A stretch of 63,889 bases of DNA, filler included, from Circinaria calcarea (Eukaryota), in NCBI GenBank assembly GCA_051942165.1. It is 3 parts of 3 records of this genome, joined end to end, with 100 filler letters (N's around TTAATTAATTAA, not from the genome) between each part and the next. Parts side by side here need not be neighbours in the genome. Positions count along the whole stretch, not along the records: positions 1 to 21,303 come from JAVECS010000146.1; 2 more parts are not named here. One strand, 5' to 3'. Positions 1 through 12,858 of this stretch are shown here, one piece after another. Both the position numbers and the translations under genes were made by a program. The notes below the pieces were generated by a model. That model ran no database searches. It was not told the DNA's origin and saw nothing but the letters and a program-made list of their open reading frames with translations. Numbering within the stretch: the stretch's first letter is position 1; each line of letters begins with the position of its first letter.

Positions 1-1124
1 CCCCCAAACTACCGGGTGGCACCTGAAAAATCTCTCTCCCCCTTGCTAAAATACGTCTAGCTCCCATATCGTCTCGTTATCTATCGTGTGTGGAACTCGT
101 CAGTTTGCAACGGGTTGCCAGGATGGCAAGGAAGGAAGGGAAGGGCGTCACCAAGCTACCCGGTTTTCACAGACAACGTAGTCAGTCCCCCATTACCGTC
201 CTACCGTCCATGGGGCAATCTGAAGCCGGCAGCCCAAAAAGCCTCTGAAATGGCGTAGAATTCCCGCTCCTTCTGTCCTTATTTCGGCTCCTTCGGGTAT
301 CTTATCCATACCTCGCCGAATTTTCTCGCCGATCTCAATGCCAACTCGGCATTGCCAAGCGGCGTTGGAGATACGAACTCTCGGAGCCGAAGACGCGATT
401 TCAAATCCCGAAAATCCACTAGGGGGCCTAAAACCTATTCATCCTTGAAAACAATGAATAATCCTCCCTGGTGACGTTTGCAGATGTTCGATGTTGCGGC
501 TCAACGGGCGCTGATCAGTTTAAGCCCTCGAGGGCCCCCCTTTTCATCCTGCAGATGATCGACACTCGCTAAGGATTTCCCCTTTTCCTTCAGTGCTCCG
601 TGATCGGAACTCATAGGCCATTGGACCCTTGAGATCTGAGAAGGATGATCATGCCTTATCGTGTCCGGAGATTTTTTTCTGACGTGGAACGGGAGCTTAA
701 CCGGTTCGCGAGTGGATCCGCTTCGCGGCTCAAGGAGCCCAACGGCTGCCCTGCTCATAGAGCCGGGACCGCTTTTCAACGACTGACGCATATATGCAGA
801 GCTTATCATTCCACTTGCTCGGGCAAATGGGGTTTATAATCCTTCTGCAATCCGTTAACTGCCGCATTCAGGAAATCCCGGCTTGATAGTGTTGCATCGT
901 GCTCACCGATTCATCTGCTGCGTAGATAAGGTGCTCGGAAACAATTTAGCAGTATAATTTTGCATCAGGCTACCCGATCCGACTGTTGCAATGACGAGAA
1001 ACGGGAAAGCATTTCGGCATGATGACTTTGCATCTTGCCCGCCGATCCTCTGCCACAGATATAAAGGGTTAGGTCTTTCTGAAAAGTACTCAGCAAATAA
1101 CCCCATCTTACGGTTGCTCAAACA

Positions 1125-3644
1125 ATGGCTGCTGTTTCAATGAACCAGTTGATTCTGTCCCACTGGAGCGCGTTTACAGCAGAGGTCCAGAAGAAGACCT
1201 CTGGTCGATTTGTTAACGGTAACAACTTAAGCCTCGGGACGGTGGTTGCAGTAGCAAGGTAACCAATTTCTTGGACTTGGAATGTATCCAGCTCAAACTT
1301 GATCTAGATATGGCGCACCGGTGAGTCTGGCATCCAGCGCCATGATCGCCGTTGCGAAAAGTGCGGAAATGGTTCAGGCAAGCCTCGACCGAGGGGAGGT
1401 TATCTACGGTGTGTTGCTGAGCCAGTCAATATGATAGTGAACTGACATGGCTTCCCAGGCGTAAACACCGGTTTTGGAGGCAGTGCAGACACACGAACAG
1501 AAGCTGCAGAGGATCTGCAGAAGAATCTGCTGCGAATGCTACAGTTTGGCATCATCTCAGAGTCAGGCCCTATCAAGACAGTGGATCCGGCAATGAGCCA
1601 GCACCAAGACATAATGCAGCTCCTCTCCGAGTCGGCGTTTCCTCTCGATGACCCGGTTGCTGCATCATGCATGCCGGAGTCGTGGGTTCGGGGGTCGATG
1701 CTAATTCGCCTGAACTCATTAGCTTCTGGTTATTCCGGTGTAAAGCTCCCTACCATCAAAACATTACTTCGACTACTTCAGGGAGGTATAACCCCTAGAA
1801 TTCCAGTTAGAGGGAGTATATCCGCATCGGGAGATCTAAGCCCGCTTTCCTATATCGGCGGCGTCATGCAGGGCAAGCCTGCTCTAAGTGTATGGACACG
1901 TGATGAGACGGGAAACAAATGCCTCAAGAGAGCTGATGTGGCTTTGGCTGAGCACTCTATTGAACCCGTAAAACTGGGCGCCAAAGAGGGCTTAGCACTA
2001 GTCAATGGAACCGCTGTATCTACAGCAGTTGGTTCACTGGCCTTGCATGAAGTGCTGGGCCTGGTTACTCTCTCGCAAATCCTTACCGCCATGAGCGTGG
2101 AGGCTATGTGTGGTACCAATGAAAGTTTCGATCCGTTCTTCGGCCAGGTCCGTGAACATCCGGGCCAGGTAGAGGCTGCACAAAACATCTACGCCTTCCT
2201 GATGGAGTCAAAACTTATCCAGCGTGGCGACGATGCAGAGGAAGGAACCTTGCGGCAGGATAGATATTCCATCCGGACAGCATCACAGTGGATAGGTCCA
2301 GTCCTCGAAGACTTGCAACTTGCTCATCAACAGATGACAATTGAAATGAACTCCACTACCGACAATCCGTTGGTGGATGTCAACCGTGGGGGAAAGATGA
2401 TGCATGGTGGAAATTTCCAAGCGAAGGCTGTCACAAATGCAATGGAGAAAACGCGACAGGCTATACAGACAATCGGTCAAATGTTATTTGCCCAGTGCAC
2501 GGAGCTAATCAACCCGGCAACTAACCGCGGACTGCCTCCGAATCTTGTTGCTGGAGAGCCAAGTAACTCCTTTATTTGGAAAGGAACGGATATCATGGTC
2601 GCAGCTCTTCAGTCTGAACTCGGGTTTCTGGCCAACCCGGTAGGAAATCACGTCCAAACTGCGGAAATGGGAAATCAAGCGATTAACTCGCTTGCGTTAA
2701 TCTCCGGCCGATATACCTTAGATGCTGTTGATACTCTATCGCAGATGTCAGCCGCTCACCTTGTGGCCCTGTGCCAAGCCCTTGACTTGCGGGCAATGAA
2801 CCTAAGATTTCTGGACACCCTAGCTCCTGAGTTTGACAGTATGGTTCACGATGCATTTGGTAAACATCTGAAGGACCAGCAGAAGATTGAAGCTCTACAA
2901 GAATCCCTCTGGTTAGCCTTCCAGAAAAGTCTCGACCAACTTACCTCGCTCGATTCAGCAAAGCGGTTTTGTTCCGCCATCGAGTCTCTCCAGCCCCTTG
3001 TCCTTAGGTCCGTAACCGTATCAGGAGAAACGCTGCATACTCTTCAATCATGGACCGACCGCTGCTCAGCCTCTGCTCTCGAGCTCTTCAGCATGAACCG
3101 TGATGCTTACATCAGATACCCAGATGCCACGCCCTACCTTGGATCTGCGTCTTCTAGAATGTACAGATTGCTTCGCGAAAAACTCAACGTGCCGTTCATT
3201 GGCAATGAGACGATCTCCACGCCTGTTGCTCAAAGTGGGAAGTTCGATTGGGGTAACACAGAGGCTGAGCAGGATGGGTGCAGGGGTACCACGATGGGCA
3301 GCTTTATCGGAAAGGTCCACGACGCAATTCGTACTGGCGCGCTCTACCCGGCAGTCATGGAGTGCTTGGCAGATATCCAGCCATGCACAACTTCTGCAAA
3401 ACAAATGCGCGCAAGGACAAGCAAGCTTGATACGAGCGAGTTGTCGAGTGGGAGTGAAAACTCCACTGAGCCGAGTACGCCGGCTGACAGCGAGCAACCG
3501 ATGCAGGCCCAGAACTCTCCGAGAACACCGGAACTGCAGAGTTTCAGCAACTCGCCGACAAGTATACACCTAATTGGAAAAGGCCTATCGTGGAAATTAC
3601 CCCTTGGAGATGATAGCGGCATAGGCTACGGGATAGCAGACTGA
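1125..3644 (+). CDS. PAL: MIO-dependent aromatic amino-acid ammonia-lyase/aminomutase (PAL/TAL/PAM family), 3 exons (1125-1258, 1308-1408, 1459-3644), ~806 aa
   Basis: GT-AG splicing gives VNGNNLSLGTVVAVAR and the catalytic Tyr loop IYGVNTGFGGSADTRT. MIO motif GSISASGDLSPL, plus KEGLALVNGT, QDRYSIR, HGGNFQ and AEMGNQAINSLALIS. Exon phases join in frame with ORF 1536..3644. Confidence 0.95.
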
Positions 3645-4504
3645 GATCGAACCTGAATAAACCGCGTTAGCATCGGAACAACTCCAAATAGTCACTTTCA
3701 AGAGCTGGATCGCACTGCCCGCGAATATCAAACCCAAGGGAGAGGTGCGGTGACTCTGCCACGGACTTTGTACCTTTGTTTTCGTCTCTGCCTTCCTGTG
3801 TATTCATATATATATATCTTAGAAGATAGACAGAGTAATCCCATGGACTGATTATTCCAAAAGAAAAAGGCTCCACCCGCCCAGGGTCTCTAAACGGTGC
3901 AAACTGTTCAGCACAGGCACCATATTGGACCGCGTCGTTCTCTCTGAAGCCTAGATTCACTCTAGATTCATCCACGGTAATTGCTCCCTCTTCCTCGCTG
4001 TATTCGAACCCACACATATTCCATCCCTATAAAAGTCGAGAAAGGCGAGTCATCAGTCCTTGGCGTGACGAGTAGGCCGATTATTGACATCGAAAGGTCG
4101 TCGTAGATGTAGGATGACCTTGCTAGCGAGAGCGACTAGTCAAATTTGTATATAGAGGAAACTCCTCAAAAATGGACAAATCAGTGTGCATACGCAGTGG
4201 AAGTCACCATCGACCGCGTAGCAACATTAAATCCAAGCCACTCAGCTCTCACAACCTCTAGAAAAGAAAATCCCAACCAATCGGCCCTTTTCTATCCAAT
4301 CGGATATCACATCTGTAAATTATCAAGAATGAAATAATACTATGTTGGAATAATCATGATGGTGAATACATGAAAAGAATTGTTCAGATAGATACTTGAA
4401 AAACAACCGCATCAGGAAACTCTCTACCACAATTTTGATAATTTGATATCGAGTGGTGTTGCATTCCTGAGCTGCTGGGCTGCCGAATGTACTTTTTACC
4501 AGAT

Positions 4505-5344
4505 TTACAGTGCCGTCTTGTCCTCCTTGGTTGCCAAAGCTATCCAAGCGACCATCTGGAACCCGATCATTCCATCGGATTCAATAACAAGATCCTTCCC
4601 CTGTTCTTTCAGCACCTGCACTGTCGTATCCAGAGCTTGCTCTTTCTCCCCCTCCGTCCACTGGTCCCCCACCATGTTCACAAAGTTATCCGTGAGCCCC
4701 TTCGCCGCCTCCTCGATCCCATTATTCCACCATATAACCTCTTTCTCATACACTTCCACCTCTTCGAAGCCGCCTCCCTAAGCATCATCTCCATCGTCTC
4801 CTTGTGTGTCCATTTCTCCAATTTCGGAAACGTGATAGGCATCGACCCGGGCTTCACAATCGCCTAGACCGCATGCAGGATTGGCAGACGCGGCACCTTC
4901 TTCCAGCAGGTCACCGCCGCCTTTCCGCCGGGCTTTAACGTACGACAAATTTTCCGCGCACCCTCAACTGGATCGGGGAAAAAGAATATGCCGAAGTTGG
5001 TGATCGAGGCGTCAAATGTCCCGTCGGCGTAGCCGAGACTCATCCCATCCATTACTGCCGTCTCGACTCTGTCCTTCCAACCGTGGAATGCAACAACAGT
5101 ATCCACGAGGGATACCATACCTGGCGCCACATCCGCAGCGTGGATGTGGGCATTCGGATAGGCCTTGAGAAGTTCCATGATAGTGAAGTTAGGACCACAG
5201 GCATTGTCGAGGAGAGCTGAATTGTTTGGTAAGCTATCTAGCAAAGAAACTATGTGGGTAATGATATGGTGAGTGCTGCCCCCTGCGTGGTGCTCGTCCA
5301 AGTGGACGCCTGGGAGTTGACGGAATCACAAAGTGCGGAGACAT
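4505..5344 (-). pseudogene. Disrupted class I SAM-dependent methyltransferase (UbiE/Methyltransf_25-like)
   Basis: Motif I LLDNACGP, ADVAPGM, FDASITNFGIFFFPDP and LKPGG are present. There is an in-frame TAG at 4864-4866 (HAV*AIVKPG), and a frameshift near 4770 separates it from the C-terminal ORF 4505..4759. The N-terminus is also out of frame with the ATG at 5344. Confidence 0.75.
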
Positions 5345-5827
5345 CGGATTCCAAGTTGGCTATGAGTAATCAAAGTAAAGTTAAAGTCTTTAACTGCCGT
5401 GGAAAGGATTTCAATCGAGGTATTATAATGGAAAATTTAAGTGTCTTTGTGTGGGGAGATTGATCTGTCGGGTTTTACAGCATCCTCGCTCGGATTACCA
5501 CAACAGCAGGTTCAAGTGTATAGGGACAGCATCTGCGGCCAAATTGTTGGAGGTTGATTGCAGTAGAGCATAGAAGCCCGTCAACCGCATATTGGAGAGA
5601 CGATAATTTTATTACCATTCACCTTCCTTTGCATATCCTTTGCTGGTTGCACGAGGAAGAAGCAATGAAGTCTGACAAACCCATAACCCACGGAGTACGG
5701 ATAGCGATTAACTAATCATGACAGCAACGGCATTACGGAAATAAGGAGTAACGAATCCCAGCCTAGAAAACATCTCACGATTTATGTCAAACCCATCATT
5801 GACATTATTCTTTGTCTCCTATCGCAT

Positions 5828-7242
5828 TTACTTTATCTCTACTTTCAGTTTTAAGCTGACTTTCAGGATTCGTGCTGCCAATGAGCAAAGACCCGATATC
5901 GCAAGCAAAAATTCGGCCCAAGCAATGAGACCCAGCTACCTTGACTCCCGAAGAAGTGCGCCACTGATCGGGCTACCAATCAGAAAGCCAACCCTGAAGC
6001 CCCCAACGGCATTCCCATACGGCTTCCCATCGTTCGCAGGTCGCTCGTCAAACTCATCACGCTGGAGGAAGGCATCGAAGCAAAGCACCCGCAGAAGAAG
6101 CCATAAATTACAGACCATATAATCAAACCCGTGGTATTCCTCACCACGATCCAATCGAAGCACAGGATATCATAGCGGCGATGAAAGTAAACGGGATCTG
6201 CATGTTCAGCGGAACCGGTCCTGTCAGCGTAGAAATTAGGCAGAACTCGGCCCACGGTCGAGGCAGCGTTGATAATGACGAGTAGGAAGAAGCTGAAGCT
6301 CTTGTCCATGTTGCATACCTGAAGGGCGTAGAGTTGCGCGTAGTAGAAAGGGACGTAGACGCTCATGAAACCGAAGAACACCCCTATCTTAAAGACAAGG
6401 AACGGTACATCTGTGAACGAGGCGGCGTTGAACAATTGCCGGCGAGCAGATGGTCGAACCCTTTGCTTTATGCCAGCAAGCGGGACGAACCCTATTACTC
6501 GTGGCCTAGGCAAAGCCAGTACATGGCTGTAGACGACTAAAGATAATCGGGTATACAACACCGCCTATATTCTCCTATTCTCCATCAGCAATTGAACCCG
6601 ACGTGAATTACGTCGATACAGAGATGGACAACCGATACTGCTGCCTGTGAAGGTAATGCGATATGCAAAGACCTTTTGGGTGGTGAATTACTGCAAGATG
6701 ATAAAAACGGCAGCAATAGCCAGGCAGCCGGTGCCCTTCCCACCAGGAGTTCTTGAGATAGAAGGACCTGCCAGTTCAATATGGAGATACTAATCAACAT
6801 TATCCCCAGAATACTCAGAAACGCGACAGTCCATATCAGAGACTGCAGGTAGCCGGCGTCGAGAATAGGTCCTGCTGCCGCACCGCCGATGTACGGGAGG
6901 AAAGCCTGGACAGAACCGATCCAAGAGATATTGGACTCGGATTCAGAACTCCAAGTAGTCGGTCTGGTAGAAAGGCTTGTAGACATCATAGTGTTTATTA
7001 CTCCCTTGGTACGTTTCAACGAGGCTAGTTATTCCAAAAGACATTGTGCTTGTGGCATGAAGACCTACCAAGTGCTCAAGGAAGATACAGAGAGCTCCCG
7101 GAACGTGAATCCAAGCGAAGAAGCCGCCATTCGGGATCTTACTCGGAGTCGGTGTGGATTTCTCATACATGAGACGACCGGGGGACTCCCTGGATACTTT
7201 CTCTGTGTCAAGGTGCTTTTCGCGTGTCTGCTCAGAAGCCAT
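5828..7242 (-). pseudogene. Disrupted MFS monocarboxylate-porter (MCT/Mch-like) transporter
   Basis: Family motifs IPNGGFFAW, SNISWIGSVQAFL, GPILDAG, YVPFYY, NAASTVGRVLPNFYADRTG, MGSRMGM and LIGSPISGALL are scattered over several reading frames. The frame changes (e.g. ~6210, ~6010) do not coincide with introns. Confidence 0.75.
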
Positions 7243-7863
7243 GCCTTCCTGCGTCGTGATGCGAGGCCTTCAACTTATGCAAACAAAACGACACGGTGAA
7301 ATCCACAACCAAGGTACGGTGGCATGAATGAAAGTTATGGCGACAGCAAATTTTTTTTTTTTTTTTGGGAAAATCGTTTTTCAACTTCGCGCATCCAAAT
7401 ATCTGTTGGTCCCACCACAGTAATTACTATGGCAGCAGCGACAGCGCATGTAAATAGGTAGGTAACTTAGGATAATACTATTGTGATATCGAGTTTTTGC
7501 AACTTTTTTAAACCTACCCCCTTTCTATAAGTTTAACTCCAGCAGTCGAGACTTCTGCACATAAGGATCATGAAACTCGAAGGTATTTTCGAAGATTAGA
7601 TGCTCAGACATTCATCATAATAGTCGAGATTAAGTATCGAGCCATGAATGTTGGGTCACCTGCGTCACAAGATAAGGAGGGCATACGGATTTTCTCCAAC
7701 GGTGATGAAGATCCGGCCAAAGTCTTTGTGAAATACTCAAGCTTTCAAGAACTACATGCAAACCATAAAGAACACAGCGATCAAATAAAAGATGCTCACA
7801 AAAGAGAGAAGCGAAGTCCTTAACGGAAGCCCCCCCCTTTTCGAGCTTTAGCGAGAAAGCAAA

Positions 7864-9754
7864 CTAGCCATGCAATTCAAATTCCTTTTGAAACTTTCGT
7901 GCCTGGACGTTCACAAGTACGTCATCCCCTAATATCGGATCCATTAATGCCAAGGCGATCTTCTTGGTATCCTTCCTAGGAAACCGCTGGCCAGGAGTCG
8001 GAGCCAGCACAACATCGAACCGATGGATTAAATCCGCCACGAAAACCAAGACCTCTCTGCGTGCTAGAAAACGACCGGGACAGTAGGTTGTGCCGCCGCC
8101 GAAAGGTTTGAAGCTCGGACTATGTTTGAGGTCCTTGTTCCTTAGAAACCGTCCGGCGTCAAACCGATCTGGATTCTGCCCAAAAGCGCTCTCGTTGTAA
8201 TGCAGTTCGCGGTAAGGAATCACGATGTTTGTTCCCCGCTGGAGAGTCATGTCATCGATGTCGGTCGTGTGTCGGACGGTACGGACTGTGCCCGAGGAAC
8301 TGTTGAGACGGAGTGATTCCAGGTAAACCGATTCTAAAAGGGGACAGCTTTCCAGCCTTGACTCGAGATTATCGCCCCCCTTGGCATATACAGGATCAAT
8401 TTCTGCGCGTATTGCGGCGAGAAGCGGTGGGTCAAAAAGTATATAGGCCATTGTCCAGAAGCAACCTTTATAGGCATTTGCGTTGATTCTATAGACAGCC
8501 TGCTTAGCATTGTGAAATCGTATGCTATGTAAGGAATGAGATCATTGACCACTTATGGGTTTTGGATAGAATTAAAGGAATGATTAACATACACCCAATA
8601 AAGAGGCATGATGATGGCAGCAATATCTCTATCTCCAATGCCCAGGTTTCTCATCTCGATCTCTAATGCATTAATTAACCAAGATTCCCCTTGTCTGTCG
8701 CTCTTGGGCAATTTGAAATAGACCACTAGAGCATCTATGATTCGATCCTTAGCGGCATACATCTTTGTTGCCAAGAAACGCGGGTAGTTGAAATGAAGCT
8801 TCCAGCTCATTTCATCAAAGGTATAAAAGCTCTCAAATAAGCAGGGATCAATTTGCATCAGTCGCTGGTCAAAAAATGCTCGAGTTGCAGAGTCAAGAAG
8901 AACATCCCGACACCAGCTTAAAAGAGAAACTGTCCTCGTGCCCTTAGTAGAGGACACGATAATTTTCTCGGACATTCTGGACCACTGCAAGGATTCGTGT
9001 ATTTTGGTTATTAGACTGGCCTGTAGGATCTGGAATTCTTTCCCAGGTAATAGCTGTTGCCGGCAGAGTCTTTCACCAAAGTGGCCAAAGTCCCCATGCT
9101 GGGAGCCTGAACTGCCATGAGCAAGGCTTGTAACTGGCGCCCCTGAACTAGGAATCCAGATTTCCACAGCGGCAGGGGAAGCTCCTAACTGGAGTAGCAT
9201 ATTGCGCATGAAGTTATCAAACGTAAGGCCCTCGGAATTTTTGTACGTTTTGGAAATATCTTGTGGGGACGTTAAAATGTAGAGCTTCTGACCACATATC
9301 GTAAGTTTGTAAGCCTTGGTGCCAAAACACTTCCTACATGTCACAGGTCCAATGGTCAGCAAAGGTTATAGCAAATGGAAGAAACCGTACCTCCCATAGG
9401 CTAGCACGCCACCGAAATCACTAAACAATTGTAACGCATGGCCTTATACACCGGTCAGTCCTCGTTACGCTATTCCAAAACCAGGTAAAAGTAAGTCGTA
9501 CCTAAAACTACATCAAATGTCAGGTAAAAACATTTCAATAATCCATAGCATCACTCACATGGTATCCAGTAGGAAGTTTCTCTTGGCTCCCGCGGTTTCA
9601 AAGTAGGCAAGATAGTAAAAGTCCAAGCTCGCCAAATAGCAATTACTACTGCCGTAATAGAGAGCAAAGACAGTATTGGAAGACTATACTCTCCCACAAT
9701 TGAGGTAGACAGCAGGTCCTCCGCCAAAATTTGCCGTATTAACTCTGAAAGCAT
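7864..9754 (-). CDS. Cytochrome P450, CYP7/CYP8-like fungal group; 5 exons including a 6-nt micro-exon (9502-9507)
   Basis: N-terminal TM anchor, spliced YWIPFLGH, ExxR (ESLR), PDRFDAGRF, heme motif PFGGGTTYCPGR, I-helix LYWVINANAYK. All exons join in frame with GT-AG introns. Confidence 0.93.
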
Positions 9755-10817
9755 ATTGGCCGACAGAATCTTGCCTATCAAGATGTCCTTTAGAGTAAAG
9801 GAACGGACATAGCCCTTTCCATTTATGTTTACCTATCGAGAGCATCCCCATTTATCAGCTACCACCACATGGAGCTCGTATAGAGATGACATTCGCAGTA
9901 TCAAAAACACTAGGTCTGACACGCTCGCTGAAGCAATGGACGACGATCCTATGCATCTGCGTTGGAATCCTGAGGCGAACCCGGCATAGCTCGAAGCGCC
10001 GTAGACACTGAACCACACTCTTGTTGTCAGTCCTAAAATCTTGGCCCTCGAATCAGCTGCGCAGAAAGCGGTTGCTTGTGTGAAGTAGTGAGACGGATCA
10101 ATACCGCTAATTAGAATACAGTACGGAGTAATAGCGCACTGCATCTCAGACAAGGCCACCTCCGCAGCAATGCCACACACGTTGCCTTTCCACAGCACGA
10201 GCTGCTCCCATAGCAGGGCTACCAATCAAGTCAAGGCGGTTTTTCGTGGTTCAAAGTTCATTTATTTGACTATGTTCGTGTAACTAGGTAGGAGCAAGAG
10301 AGTTCGCTAAGATACTGCTGGGCTTATGTAAGCCCCAACAGGCGGTCTCCGCATAAGCGCGACTTGCATTAGTGCTCACAACCTTGCCGCAAAGGGCCGT
10401 GATTACCATGCAAGGCCTGCCGCGTCCACGATAAACCGAGTTCAACCGCACACATGCAAACACACCCAATTGTCCTCCTGTGAGTCTGGGACTTGATTGC
10501 TAGTAAAAGGTAAGCTGAGGCAAAATACATTAGGTGGCACTGGGGCCGAGGTCGTAGATCGATCCAATTAAAAAAACACGATTAAGGAATTTGCTTAAAA
10601 TAAGTCAGGTGCAAATGCCGTCGAGTATCCTTGCCCTAGGTCTCGGGTTTGACCAAAGAGTACACCCCCATGTATGCTGCATACGCGCTCCGGTTTTGCG
10701 TTTCGAGGATGTCGTTCCATACCACCGGTTTGAGCCAAGTCCATCTCATTGTCTGTGTTCAACTTTCCACATTCTTGCAACATCCTGAATCTATTGTCTC
10801 CTCGAGGGTATTCAGAT

Positions 10818-12858
10818 ATGGCAGAGGTATCAATGGAACGAGACAAGAGCTACAAAGCTTTAGCAGTCGAAGATGATACCATGAGTGAACCTACAACAGC
10901 GGAAGCCCTTACCACTAGGGTTGTTCCCCACTATCCATCAGGTTGGAAGCTCGCGGTCATCATCTTGCCTCTTTGCCTTGGAATCTTGCTTGTGGCTCTT
11001 GATAATACCATTATCGCAGTTGCTATACCAGAAATTGCCACCACGTTCAAGTCTTTAACTGATGTCGGCTGGTATGGCTCTGGCTATCTGCTTACAGTCA
11101 CTGCTTTCCAACCTATTCTTGGCAAATTTTATACATATTTTAATATGAAAGCCACATATCTAGTGTCGGTTATAATCTTCGAAGGTAAGTAACTGGACTG
11201 CACAAGATTTGTTCGCTTAACTAATATTATCTAATGAATTTAGTTGGCTCCATCCTTTGTGCTAGTGCCCCAAATTCTCCAGTATTTATCGTCGGACGAG
11301 TTATAGCAGGCATTGGTGCTGCGGGACTCTTCCAAGGGGCACTGAGTATTGTTGCAGTGTCAGTGCCTTTAACAAAAAGACCCCTTTACCTAGGCATCGT
11401 CGCCAGTTCATTCGGTATTGCTACCTGTTTTGGGCCAATTCTTGGAGGTGTTTTTACCACTGATATTAGCTGGAGATGGTGCTTTTGGATCAATTTACCG
11501 ATTGGAGCTATTGTTTTTTTCCTAGTTCTAATTTTCCTTAAGCTTCATGGGGTGGACACCGAGGACAGAAGTCTTGCATGGAGAAATAAAATTAGACACA
11601 TGGACTTAGGAGGGGCCATCACACTTATAGCAGCGGTATCTTGCCTTTTGCTTGCTTTGCAGTGGGGCGGAAACATCTATCCATGGGCATCGTCACGAAT
11701 TATAGGACTATTTACAGGCTTTGGTGGTCTTATGATCGTATTCAGTATCTTGCAATGGAATCTTAAAGAGAAGGCAGCTGTGCCACCCCAATTTTTACGG
11801 CAACGAACAGTCGTGATGGGCTGTTTCTACACTTTTTTCATCAGCATCTCGAATTATACGGTAGGTATATTTATCTCAACGTCTGTTTATTACGTCTAAC
11901 AACCACTTAGGCCGGATTCTACCTCCCATTCTACTTTCAGGCAGTGCAAGGTGTATCAGCAACAAGAAGTGGCATAGATTTCATTGCATTGGCTCTTCCT
12001 GAGGTTTTTGCTATTCTTATTGCTGGTGCAATCGCGAATAGAACAGGTCATTATGTAAGAATATCCAATTCCTAAACTGGACCAACTTATATACTAATCA
12101 CAAGGAACTCCAATATATAGGTTGAACTTATGGTTATTGGCGCAATCATTGGCTCTATTGGGGCCGGCCTCCTTACTCGAATTAGTTTAACTTCTTCTAC
12201 GGTGGAATGGGCAGCATATATGGTTATTACTGGATTTGGGATTGGTCTTGGTACAAATCTGCCGTATACTGCATTACAAGCCGTTCTCAGGTTTGTCTGA
12301 CCCATTCAGGGCGATTTGGTACCTTGAAGCTGACAGGCAACATAGTGAAAAAGATATTCCGGTTGGAAATGGTGAGTTTTTGTGCATAGGAGCAGGTTAC
12401 TATGCCTTCCTAATGGAGTCTGCTAATTCTGCTGTTTACGCAAGCCCTTACAATCTTCTTCCAGCAACTTGGCGGGTAAGAATGTTTCATTTTGAACAGC
12501 AATTGCTCATTACTGACCGAGCTTCAGTGCCGTCGCAATTCCCGTAGGAAACGCCCTCCTTCTAGGTGGCCTTACTACGGAGATTCCCAGGCAGACCAAG
12601 GCTGTTTCACCAGAAAAAGTCATCGATGCTGGTACGGGAGCACTGACTGTTCTCGCACAAAACCCTGAAGTGCTTCGTGCGCTACGACTTTCATATCTTG
12701 TAGCTGTTAAGTATAGCCTCTATCTTGCGGTAGCGTCAGTGGCAATCGCTGTACCGTTAGCAGTAGGCTTAGAATGGAAGACGCTAAAGACTGCTATTCA
12801 AGAGCAAAAGGGGGTCGACAACTCAGAATGTGAAGAAAAGAGAATACGTGAGGATTGA
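10818..12858 (+). CDS. MFS DHA2 (14-TMS) toxin/drug efflux pump, multi-exon
   Basis: [68 protein letters not shown], and a C-terminal GLEWK. This family is typical of secondary-metabolite clusters. Confidence 0.92.

Noticed and set aside
336..354. Inverted repeat CAATGCC-N5-GGCATTG and CGG/CCG triplets upstream of PAL as a cluster transcription-factor site
   Set aside because: I could not find the same motif upstream of the CYP or MFS genes, and a 7-bp inverted repeat is expected by chance in 64 kb.
3066..3622. Overlapping or antisense ORFs of 90-280 aa within PAL, eIF3c, STU2, nudF and the 61420-62526 gene
   Set aside because: They are shadow frames of real genes with no recognisable motifs.
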